In this document: one piece after another, positions 37,179 through 48,560 of the stretch | Position numbering within the stretch: position 1 is the first letter of the stretch | Layout of the letters: each line of letters starts with the position of its first letter | NCBI RefSeq assembly: GCF_016433145.1 | Contig: NC_058130.1 | Location: forward strand, 767,559,816-767,613,084 | Length of the DNA: 53,269 nt | DNA from: Gracilinanus agilis | Taxonomy: Eukaryota | Direction of reading: 5' to 3' | Notes under the pieces: model-generated | What the model saw: only the letters and a program-made list of their open reading frames with translations | What the model was told of the DNA's origin: nothing | Databases searched by the model: none | Position numbers and translations under genes: made by a program

Positions 37179-39311
37179 TAATTCTGACTTTAGACTGTGG
37201 TGAATTGTTGAATCATCTCTCACGTACGGCCTGGTTTGTCACCAATAGGACATGAAATGACCAGATGAGGTAACGGTAGAGTTCATGACATAAATGTCAC
37301 TAATGAACACTCATCTCCCATATACCATCTGTCTACCTGATTGATGCAAGAAAGACTGACAGTGTAAGGTAATGAGAGTCAATGAACACTGTTAGCTTCG
37401 GGTACTTCCCCCTCCCCAGAAATGGTTAGCAGGAAGACCTAGTTAGCTCTACAGATGAAACATGCCACCTTCTGAGAAACTGTCTCCCTGTCTTATAGCA
37501 GCCTTGAGGAAAAGCATCTGAGAAAATTTTTTTAAGATAAATTTGGTCAAAAGTGGTAAGTTTGGTATCAGACCACCCTCAGGATAACACTACGGCCATG
37601 TCCCGATGGCTGGAGAATATGAAGGCCATGGCTGTGATTTCAAGTAAGACAGGTTTATACAGATAGCAATGTTATCAGGTTAGGTTTTATTCATCATTGC
37701 ATTAGAAAAGGCAGGAGTCATTGGTGGGGAAAGAGATACTCAGGGTAATGTCAAGAAGCCTCCTAGCCTTTCCTGCTTAAAAGGGAATACATTGAAGACT
37801 GTAGTGTCCTCAAAGCTGATTATTATTATTTTTAACCCTCGACTTCTGTTTTAGAATGGATATCAAGTATACATTCCAAGGCAGAAGATATTGGCTAGTT
37901 GAGATGGGAGTTAAATGACTTGCCCAGGGCCCCACAGCTAGGAAGTATGATAAACCACTTTCAATTTTAAAACTCAGCGCTACTCCCACTACCAATTTTT
38001 CCTTTTAAAAAAAAAATTCACTTGATTAGTCATTAAGGACAAACCAATGATTTTTGAAAAGTCCTGAAGATGGGACTAGTAGAATATCACCTAACAAGAC
38101 CAACCTTATAGAGAAATAGGTTAAATTATTGCTTTATAAAGCAGCTTGTAAATCAGCATGGAGACAGGAAGACCTTTGTTTAAATTTGGTCTCAGACACT
38201 TGCTATGTGACCTTGGGAAAGTCATGTCAACATTTTATGCCTGTTTCCTATCTATAAATGGGGATAATGGTAAAAAGTAGTTAGTACAGTGCCCAGCACA
38301 TAGTGCCTGCCATCATTTATTTCCTCCTCTTATGGATGAGTTTTGCTTTCAAAGTGAATTTTGTGTTATGAAACTAAAGTGGTAAGTTACAAATCAGTAC
38401 CAGCTATTACTACTTTACATTGGTACGGTAAGAAGCCCATGTTAGCTAGACTAGCCACGTTATATTAGTGCTGTAGTTGGAGGCAGGAGGAGGCCTGAGA
38501 GAGGCTGGGACAATCACCTCCCTGAAACACCACTCAATAATTGTGGAGTATCTAGATGTTAATCAGCTCGCTAAAAATAAAAATTCAATTCTTGATGCTG
38601 AAGAAACACTTGATTTTCAGGATTTTTTTTTATGATCTTGTTTTAATAAATCTATGGTCTCATTAAACCCATAAACATGAAATAAATTCAACTATGACAT
38701 GGTCTAAATGGCTATAGATAGGGGACAGTTAGGTAGCTCACTGGAATGTAAGTCAGGCCTAGAGATGAGAGATCCTAGACTGAATGTGGCCCCAGACATC
38801 TCCTAGCTGTGTGACCAGGGGCAAGTCACTTAAACCCAGCCACCTAACCCTTAAGGCTCTTCTCTTAGAACCAATACTATGTATTGGTTCTAAGATGGAA
38901 GGTAAAAGTTTTAAATAAATAAATAAATGATCATGGATCAGAAATATTTTAAGTCCCAAGATACAGATAGTTTGCTGGTAAGAATCCTAACATATAAAAA
39001 CGAAAAATTTTGAATTCATGAATACATCACAGTATATCTTATCATGGACTGCTCTGAGGTGTCTATTGAGTAGCTATAATACAAATTTATTCTCCCCAAA
39101 GCAGAGATTCATTATTCCTATTGATGAAGCAAGAAAATAAGGAGGTCTGGACTCTAATCCCTCCTGGCTCAGTTAATATTTTACCTTATAAATTAGACAT
39201 GTGAAAGAACAAGAGCACCCTATGTCACAGGCATGTTGGAGAGGAAGGGGTCCGTGGAAAGTACCGAGGAGTTGAAGGAAAAAGTATACTTTTAAACCAA
39301 AAAAGCAATTA

Positions 39312-39317
39312 TTTATT
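39312..39317 (-). terminator. Candidate TRIAP1 polyadenylation signal (AATAAA on minus strand)
   Basis: TTTATT on plus, about 0.9 kb past the stop. An alternative lies at 39086-39091. Cannot discriminate without RNA data. Confidence 0.35.
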
Positions 39318-40213
39318 CCATCTGCGATTTTGGATGTTACAGAACATGATGGACAAATAAAGCAAACCAACCTCCTTATCCCAATTAACAATGTGCAAGT
39401 GTTACTGCAATCAAGAGGCCAGTAAACAACCCTCTTTCCCCAACACACCCAGGATGGTCTACAGGCTCAACCTGTGAGATCAGAGCAATCTGTTGATCAT
39501 AGTCACAATTACCATTCATGAAACAGCCTGACAATCAGGAAAATCAGATTTTTGCTTATTTTTAGTACCTTTGTAGCTAAATTGACAAAGGATTTAGAGA
39601 AAACTAGAAGTCACCTTAATTTGTGCACTTAATACCAAACTCTGGGAGCTCCAAAAGGTTTCTTAGAAGCCTTTTAAGAACTTCATGTTTCTTAATTGAC
39701 CTGAATACTCTTCGTAAAAGCAGAGTTTAAAGGCGAATCCCCTTTTTGGCTACCCCCATACCATTAACCATTATTCAGTCTTTATCCAAACAAAATGGCT
39801 GCCATTTAAATACTGGTGTTGCTTCCAGGAAAAGAAGATAAAAACTTTATCTAATATTTAGCAGCATGGATTTAGCATTCAGGACATTCTAGCCATCCTG
39901 ACTCCTGTATTGGTATTTATATGCAAACCGTTTTATAAGTTGATCACAGCAGACCAAGTAAGTAACATTCTGGTCATCTGAAAAAAATGTTCATTTATGC
40001 CATGTTTGATACTGTAAGATGCCACACCAGCTAGATATTATCCAACCCCCGGAAAGCAAATAATGGTCTCCATGACCCTTTTGCAAATAAAGAAACTTAT
40101 GGGAACCTTCCTCTAAAAAGCACATCAAATCAGTGGTCATCTTCGAGGCAATAGTCTTTTGGATGTCTTGATTTCTGTAGCTGAAAAGGTCATGCTGAAG
40201 GCTGGTGTCAATG

Positions 40214-40312
<99 letters not shown>

Positions 40313-41025
40313 TTACATTTTAATGAACATCTCCCCAAGTTAGGGTAAAGAGTGCCATAAAACTCTAGAGCACTAATATAATGGGAGAAGGAATCAGACA
40401 ATTGTATTCAAGTTCCATTATTATCCTTTTTTAGCCCAGTTGAGAAAGCCCCTCACTCAGCTTCCCAGGAAATAAACAATGTTCTTTTCATCTCTAATAT
40501 TCTGTGATTCTTACAGCTCCGACCTAATCATCCAAATTCAAATTCAATGGAACAAGTATTTATAAAATACTTTCTGTGTACCAGCATTGAGAAGTTGAAA
40601 AAAGATATGACACACCCCAAGGAAGGCAGCAAAGCTTCCCCGATTCTCTGGTGGTTACAGCGTCCTCACTCTGGGGCTCTCTCACCGTCCCTCCCTTCTG
40701 TAAACTTCCTACCACATTTGGTTTGACTTTGGTGTATCACGGTCAGGCTGTGTATCTTTCCCAAGGCCAGATTCAGTGCTCTGCACACAGCAGGTCCCAA
40801 GACAAACTAGGATCCCGGTGGTTGGAGGACTCAAACCAGTGACAAAGAAAAGGAGACCGCTGCGCAAACACGATTTGGGGAATATAGAAGGGCAAATGGG
40901 GCCCAGAAAAGGGAAAGCCAAGAAAACCGGAGGGGAGAGGAGTGCAGCGGATGCCCCCGGCAGCGAACCAAGGAATGAGGATTGTTTCTATTGGGCGGCT
41001 GCTCCGGCCCCTAAGACTAAAGCTA

Positions 41026-41485
<460 letters not shown>

Positions 41486-41826
41486 ATGTGGTGTCGGCCG
41501 CTCCAGCAGGCGCTGCGGGCAGGGCTGGGCCCCGGCTTGGGGGCTGCGGTAACGCGGCCATGGAGGGCAGAAATACGGAGTTGTCGGTCTGCGATGAGCG
41601 ACTCGGGAAAGAGTCAGGGCGGCGAGCCCCCGGCCCCGCCCCCCGCTCCCCGGCCAGGCCGCGAAGTGAGTGCCGAACTGATTGAGCACCTGGAGCGCCT
41701 GGCCCTGGTGGATTTCCGAAATCAGGAAGGTGTGGAGCGGCTACACAAGGCCATAGAGTTCGCGGACCAGCTCCGCGCCGTGGATACGGACGGCGTGTCA
41801 CCCATGGAATCGGTGCTGGAGGACCG
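41486..41826 (+). CDS. GATC: GATC first coding exon (glutamyl-tRNA amidotransferase subunit C)
   Basis: Open frame MWCRPL...[12 protein letters not shown]...[17 protein letters not shown] matches GatC. Donor CG|GTAGGC at 41827, phase 2. Whether a short intron is removed from the N-terminal part is uncertain. Confidence 0.85.
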
Positions 41827-42153
41827 GTAGGCGCGGACCGCCCCCGACCCAGAAGCTGCCCTTGTAACGTTTCCCTCCAAATGATGTAAATACTTGGCTG
41901 TGGGATTTGTGTCCCCGAAAATAACCCTCGCGCCTTCCCCGGGGCACCCAGAGAGCGAGCTGGTCAAATGTGTCCAGGAATCCTCCCCCCATTTAATTGA
42001 TGGTTAGGCCTATCCCCCGTCTTGATGAAGGGGAGGCGATCCGAGGAAGGGGCAAGCCCCCAGGGGCAGCATCTTGGGCTGCCAGCTGTCACTTTTTCCC
42101 CGTGCTAGTAAAGGTCTTCCCCTTCCCCACCGGCTGCTTCTTATCTGTTGTAG

Positions 42154-42257
42154 GTGCCTTTACCTAAGAACAGACGACGTGGTGGAAGGCAACCATGTGG
42201 AAGACCTGCTCCAGAATTCTCAGCAGACGGTGGAGGACTATTTTGTGGCCCCCCCAG
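42154..42257 (+). CDS. GATC: GATC internal exon, (R)[34 protein letters not shown](G)
   Basis: GatC motifs LR.D.V.EG and YFVAPP. Acceptor TGTTGTAG, donor CAG|GTAGCA. 104 nt. Confidence 0.96.
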
Positions 42258-43230
42258 GTAGCAGCTACTTTGGGCTGCTGGGCAGCCCTATTGCAGGGGT
42301 GGAGGATAAATGTGTTTAAAGGGTTTCTCAATCTGAATCTAAGGAGGGAAGGTACAGGCAACCCTTGCGTTCCAAGGCAGAGGACTCAAAGGCCGCTAAA
42401 GGCCTTTTCAGTCTAAGAGCTCCAGCCCATTTGAACCATGTCCTCTCAGCCCCACAACCTGTTAACAGGCCACTTCCAAATTGTAGTTTTACAATTTGAA
42501 CCATCCGAGCTTCACTGAGAATGAATGCTTTGTCCTCCCATCTCCATAAATGGGTGGACTAGTCAGTGCCTGGTTTAGCTGCTAGTCCAGGAAGCCTGAG
42601 GAAGGCACTGTGCTAACCTCCCCTTATCCATATTACCCACCTACTGAAAGGGATTCATTGTGAATCGGGGAATCCCAATCTGCTGAAGATTCACAGAGGT
42701 GCCTCTGATTCTGTGAACTACAGGCTCTTAACTAAATAGTTGCTGGAATGCAGGGGGGATACTCTTGAGACATACAGAAGGAGTTGTTTTTCCTGTAGAT
42801 GGATTCAAATTTCTCTTGGGATGTGTCAGATGGCTCTATGGATTCATTCATTGACAATTTCTTACTTCACAAAAAGCAAACTAAGCCAAGTCATTTTTCC
42901 TTTACCCCATTCCCCTACTGCTCAGAAGTGTGTATCTGCAGTATCTCAAAAGTGTAATACTTTGGTATGGTTGCTTTTTCCGCCAATGAGTTTGCAATCC
43001 CTCTGACTTAGGATGTTAGGTCATTTCAGGGTGATGAGTACCGGCTTTCCCTCTTGTGTGAATTTCCTAACAAATATATGATAAGTCTGGTAGAAATTCA
43101 GGTATCATCCCTACCTGGGAAAGCAGGGCAATGACTGCACTTATTTTTCATGAGCCACCAACTCGTTTCTGAAGCAAAATAGGAAAAGGTAGCAAGCTTA
43201 GCTGTAATACACTTTTTTGGTTTTAAACAG

Positions 43231-43283
43231 GTAACATCACTCTACCAAAACTAAGTGAGCAAGACCCAAGCACACCAAGTTAA
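43231..43283 (+). CDS. GATC: GATC last coding exon, (G)NITLPKLSEQDPSTPS*
   Basis: Acceptor TTTTAAACAG. Resembles recalled human GNISLPKLDEQ. Stop TAA at 43281-43283. Confidence 0.9.
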
Positions 43284-43316
43284 CACCTGCTCTGGGGAAG
43301 AGTACTTTCAACTGGA

Positions 43317-43322
43317 AATAAA
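43317..43322 (+). terminator. Candidate proximal GATC polyadenylation signal AATAAA
   Basis: AATAAA 34 nt after the stop. A second lies at 43942-43947. Confidence 0.4.
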
Positions 43323-44305
43323 GTGTATCCACACTTGGGAAAGACTAAAGCTGAAAACGTTTCCGTGAACCATGTTGACATAAATAAGCCTTTAAGACCC
43401 TTTTCTATTCTCCCCTAAGCTCTCATGAAGATGGAGAGTGGGTTGAGAATGGAGAACTGCTGAAGTGAGTTCCTGCTCTCTGTGAAGGAAACTGAGGAGG
43501 GGAACTGTGGACTTGGAAAAAAGCTCCCTAAGAAATGGATCAAATATTCACATAGCTGTTGGACATGTCCTTTAGTTAACTAAAATCACCTTTGTCCCCG
43601 TTCCTTTACATTGTTAAAAAGAATGAGTTTCTAACCAAAGTGCATTTTTGACCAAGAATTTATTCCTTCCTGATCAGAGGCCTAGATGGAATCTAAGCTT
43701 ATTCCTATTTTCCCAAGTCTCTTCTTTTATCAAAGATTTCCTCTACTGCCAAAGCCTCCAGAGAAAAACTGAGACTGACAAGGAAATCATAGGGTTTATC
43801 TAAGACCAAACCATCATCAAGTCAAATTTTTTTTCTTTAGCGTTCCCCTCAAGCCACTTCTGGCCACTTAGAAGCTTTGTCCACAAAACTTCTCTTCTTC
43901 CTCTAATATGCATGATACAGAAAAAAAAGGAGTTCTTGCATAATAAAAATAACCACGACTTGAGAATTATTAAACTTTAGAAATATATTTCTAAACAGAA
44001 CGGGCTGATTCCTATATATAGTGGCTGTGCAGAGCAATCCACCATGACACGGCACTGATTTTTCTCCATAATTGGGGAGGAAGGGGGAAAATATGCAACT
44101 TACTTCTAAACCAAACCACAGTTTCAGCAGTTGAAAATACTTCACTGCCAATATGGCCCTGGTAGAAATTGTATGTAGTTTTTCCTTTAAAAAAAAAAGT
44201 TATTAAAAAAAATTCCTAAGACACTAAGTCATTTTGGAATGTAGATTCCGAGCAGATAGCAACTCAGTTCACACTAAAAAAAAAAAAAAAAAATCATAAG
44301 CTGTT

Positions 44306-44449
44306 TCAGTATGGAGCATAGGGAGAAGTGTAGTATGGGGAGCCCCTGCTTTGGTATGGAGAATCACGGCCCCTTGACCCTGACCGGGACCGGGAGTAGC
44401 CATAGCTGGTGCTTCTTTCTGGATAAACTCTGATATAGGAAGTTTCACC
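44306..44449 (-). CDS. SRSF9: SRSF9 coding exon 4 (short RS domain), [47 protein letters not shown]
   Basis: Matches the SRSF9 C-terminus. Long pyrimidine tract plus TTTCAG acceptor, stop TGA at 44308-44306. Total 220 aa. Confidence 0.97.
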   Translation of the reverse strand, partial: GETSYIRVYPERSTSYGYSRSRSGSRGRDSPYQSRGSPYYTSPYAPY

Positions 44450-45335
44450 CTGAAATTCAAACAAAAGGAAGGAAAAAAAGTGAGGGATGAAGAAGGGGAA
44501 TGGGGAAGGAAGAATAAGAATTCATATCCAGCCTATTCCCAGTAGATAAGATAGGGCTGTTAGGTGGAAGAAGATCTCCGAGTGTCCCACGTCTTATCCT
44601 AAACTTAAGCCGAAGACTTCATGATTCCAAGTTCATGTACAGCTGTGGCCACCTTGCTCTCGACGTGTAAGGTGATTAGGGAAATGACACAGTTGAATCA
44701 TCCTAGCCCCAGATAGTTTATCAGTTGCCAGGTGAAGTAAACCACTTTTAAGAAGGGGGGGAAAAAAAAAAAGATAATTGGGAAAATAGGACTTTTTAAG
44801 GACACCGGGAAGAAAGGTTCAAGAGGTCTCTCCTTTAGGTGCCCAAAATATCAGGAGAGCCACCAGCTTGTGGTCTTAAATCATTCCTTACAGACAAGAA
44901 ATGCACTCACAAATTACTGGGCCCATGTCAAGATAATTTCTATATGCAAAAGGCCTGGGACATTTTGCAAAATCCTTAAGTCACAATGAGATGATAGCTC
45001 ACTGGATTTGTGAAAGCTGAAGTTCAGCTACTAGAATTCTAGTACACAAAAACTCTAGGAAAAAATAGTCACCATGCTGTCCCTTACCAGAAAGGGCTGG
45101 CAGCTGGGGAAGAGGTAGTTCATTCATGGTAAGCTACTTGCCGATTCTCTCCAGGTTACTGGTACTATAAAGGCCTCTGTAGGACCTGGGCATGGTCAAT
45201 GTTGGTTTGTCCACTTAAAGAGATTAAGTTCCTTACTGTTATTTGGAGATTATGTAACAAGCTATCTGCAGAGAGGACAGCTGCAGGCCCAAGTGCCATG
45301 GAATTATAGATCTTCCACAAAAGGTGGGAACCCAC

Positions 45336-45508
45336 CTCATGAGAACGGAATTTGGAGTCGTCCAGTCTCCGCAGAGCGTATTCCATGTCTTCCTTGCGGA
45401 GGAACTCAACCACCCCCATGCCATCTTTCTGCACATCTGCATAACACACACCCCCAGCTTCTCGCATGTGATCCTTCAAATCCTGCCAGCTGCCTGAGGG
45501 AGGAAGGC
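45336..45508 (-). CDS. SRSF9: SRSF9 coding exon 3 (pseudo-RRM2), [58 protein letters not shown]
   Basis: SWQDLKD heptapeptide. Acceptor GCCCAG, donor GAG|GTGGGT. 173 nt. Confidence 0.97.
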
Positions 45509-46690
45509 CTGGGCATGGAGAACACAAAACAAGATAGCGTGTGAAAGGTCTCAACATTCCAGATGGGCCAGGGCTCCTCCCCCACATCTAGTCCAGTGAC
45601 AGGCTCGGTCACCACTCCAGGCCTGACAAGCCCAAAGTCCTAAAACTTTAATAAAGTCCTAACGAGTATCCAGAGACACTGGCCACAAGACATGTACTGT
45701 ATGCCATTCCAGAGAGCTGGTCCTATGCCAGTCTTCAAGAGAGAGGACTAATGTGTGCCTGTAGTTAGAGCAAGAAGCCAGTCCTGTGCAGTCCTGAGAA
45801 TTCAGATAATTTGTTCTCTGTTGTTTCCAAGTCCTTCAAAAATAGTCCTGTGGCCTTTGTTTGATTTCCCTGATTTGAGAGAGACTTGTTATCAATCTCA
45901 CCTATCCCTCATAGAATAGGTCACCGACACTGCTCCCCAAAGCATTAGGGCAGGAATTTAGACTCCAGCCAATGAAAAAACTTAGTTGTGGTTGGTGGTG
46001 AATTGTTCTAGGATGGTTTGGGTGACTGATACACTCATTCTCTTAAGGACCAGGTGAGACCTGAATGCTATAACTAGACTGCAACCACACATCCCACCCT
46101 GGGGTTTCACGTGATTCAGTTTAATTCCTCTCTTGAAAGGAACCAGGCTCTTGTATGCATTTTAGTTAGTTCCAGGGTCACAGGAAAGTCATACCTGGAG
46201 ACACAAAGAAGATCCAGGATAGGTTCTTACTGTCATTCTTCTGAAGAGCACTGATTGATGCACAGACCTTTGGCATTAGAACTGGTTATCTGTCAGGACA
46301 GTTACCAGAGCACATGCTGTGTTTGGTATATCACTTTTAAGACTTGGAAAAACGGTCCAGGAGACTCCAACTTAATAATCCCAGCACAACCACCTTCTTC
46401 CAGGATCCAAGGCTAGAGAGCAAGTTGTCTGTTCAAATATGGCTGTTTTTGATTCCTTTCTATCTAACTTTATACCAGTATGAATTCCGGAGGAGAGAGG
46501 ATCATCCAAGAATCTTTCAACTGCTAGAAAACTCTTTAATGAGAAAAAGGACATTGCCCTTGTCCTGTAACAAAAGCATCATTTCATCTTCGTAACATGC
46601 ATACCTGGCAGGTTGTGCACTGGATCGGCACTATCCAAAAGTTAAGTGTACCACCAGCCTAGATAGCCTTAAGTGCTGAGAGTAACATAC

Positions 46691-46842
46691 CTGAGACAAG
46701 AACTCGAAATTCAGATCTTCTTGACGGTGGTCCAGTCCTCCCACGGGGCCCTCCACCCCCAGGATTCCTGGGTAACTCCACACGAAGCCGGCACTGGCCA
46801 TAATCATAACCATTCCTTCCATAAATAGCATCTTCTGCATCC
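46691..46842 (-). CDS. SRSF9: SRSF9 coding exon 2, (R)[50 protein letters not shown](G)
   Basis: SRSF9-specific [18 protein letters not shown]. Acceptor TTTGCAG, donor CAG|GTATGT. 152 nt, phase 2 to phase 1. Confidence 0.97.
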
Positions 46843-47019
46843 CTGCAAACGAGAGCTAGTAGTTATTGCCGTTTGGGCAGCAGATTTTGTCCTTTCCGAG
46901 AGATGTAAGTAGATGGGGGTGGTGTCCAGGTATGAAGATGGAAGATGTCCAGTCTTGATTAACCTACTGCTTTGGTTTTAAGGCCCAGAAGGCTGTACTT
47001 CTTACTTTTTTGAGGTAAT

Positions 47020-48560
47020 GGGATATTCATTCCCTCTTCATCTCAGAACTCCTCAGCATCTACTCCTCACTCCCTCTTCTTTTCCCCCATTTTTCTGACA
47101 GATGGCCCTTCTTCCTTGACAAGGCCAACCCTTTGATCTCATCCACTTGTATTCTCCAGCAACCTGCACCCTAAAATTGTCCCTTTTCTCAAACCATCAT
47201 CTACTACAATTACTGGTTCCTTCTTTTCTGCCTTCAAACATGCCCAAATCTCTCTCTTTCATGCTTAAAAACTATCACTAGACTCTGCCAATCACTCAAG
47301 CTCTTATTTCTTTATCCCTCTACTCTCTCCTCAACCAAACTCTGAGGAAAAAAGGTATCTGTTCATTGCCTCCACTCCACCTCTCACCAGACTTTTGCAA
47401 TTTGGCTTCTACTGCCACTATTCAACTGAAATTAGGCTCTCCAAAGTTACCAGTATTTCTTAATTTTATAAATTACATTTCAGTTGTCAAATCTCATGGT
47501 CTCTTCTCAAAGCCTGTTCTTCTTGACCTGCATTTACACCATCAGCCACTTTCTCCCTACTCTCTCCTCTCTGAGCTTCTTTGGCACTAATTTCTCCTGA
47601 TTCTCCTATCTGTCTTTGTCTTGGTCTTCTCCTTTCTAGCTTATTATGTATATCATGTACTAAAACTGTGAATGTTCCCCAACTTGTCTTACAGGGGCCC
47701 TCACTCCCTCCACACTGAGTAATTTCATCAATTCTCTTGGCTGTAACTATCATCTCTATACAAATAATTCTCAGATATATTCAATTACTGAGCTTCAGTT
47801 ATCAAAGACAATGCTAGGACTTAAATAGTAAAATCCTAACTCTAACTTTACCAATCATTTCAAAGTGGATATCCCAGACTATTTAACATGTTCGAAACTG
47901 AAACCATCATCTTTCCTCCTAAATTCTATGCTCTTCCAAACTTTGCTATTGCCATTGAAAGCACCATCAGCCTACCAGGGCTGTAACTTCAACATTACAT
48001 TTGACTCCTCACTCTTTTACTCTACATATCCAATTAAAGGCCATATTTCTGTTCCTACCTATACAATCTCTCCCATCTGAATACCTTAGTTCATGCCCTC
48101 ACCATCTCTCAACTAGATTGTTGCAATAGCCTCCTTGATCTCCTAGCCTCAAGTCTCTTCCTACACTGGTCCATCCTCCCAAGTACTATCAAAATGATTT
48201 TCCTTAAGTGCAGATCTGACCACATCCCTTCAACTAATCAACTCTAGCTGCTCCCTATTGCCTCTAGATTAGAATCTGTATTGCATTGTTTGGCTTAATA
48301 AGCCCTTCATTCCAATCTCATTCTACACTACCACCACTTAAACTCTGAGATGCAGATCCTCAGGCACTCAGCATGAACTCTGTTCCTTTGAACAAACACA
48401 TTCTCTCTCCTTATTTCTGCCTCACAGATTCCCTCGTTCCCTCTCTTCTTTTGGGGCACAGCTTAAACTCCATCTTTTACACAAAATCTTTCCTGATCCC
48501 CTGAACTGCTAGTGTTCTAGCTTAGTGTTTCTAAACTACCTTGATACAGCTGTTAAGAGA
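47020..48560 (+). mobile_element. Long diverged L2 remnant in SRSF9 intron 1
   Basis: Pyrimidine-rich, with L2 3' motifs (CTAGATTGTTGCAATAGCCTCC, TGATTTTCCTTAAGTGCAGATCTGACCA). Confidence 0.7.
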
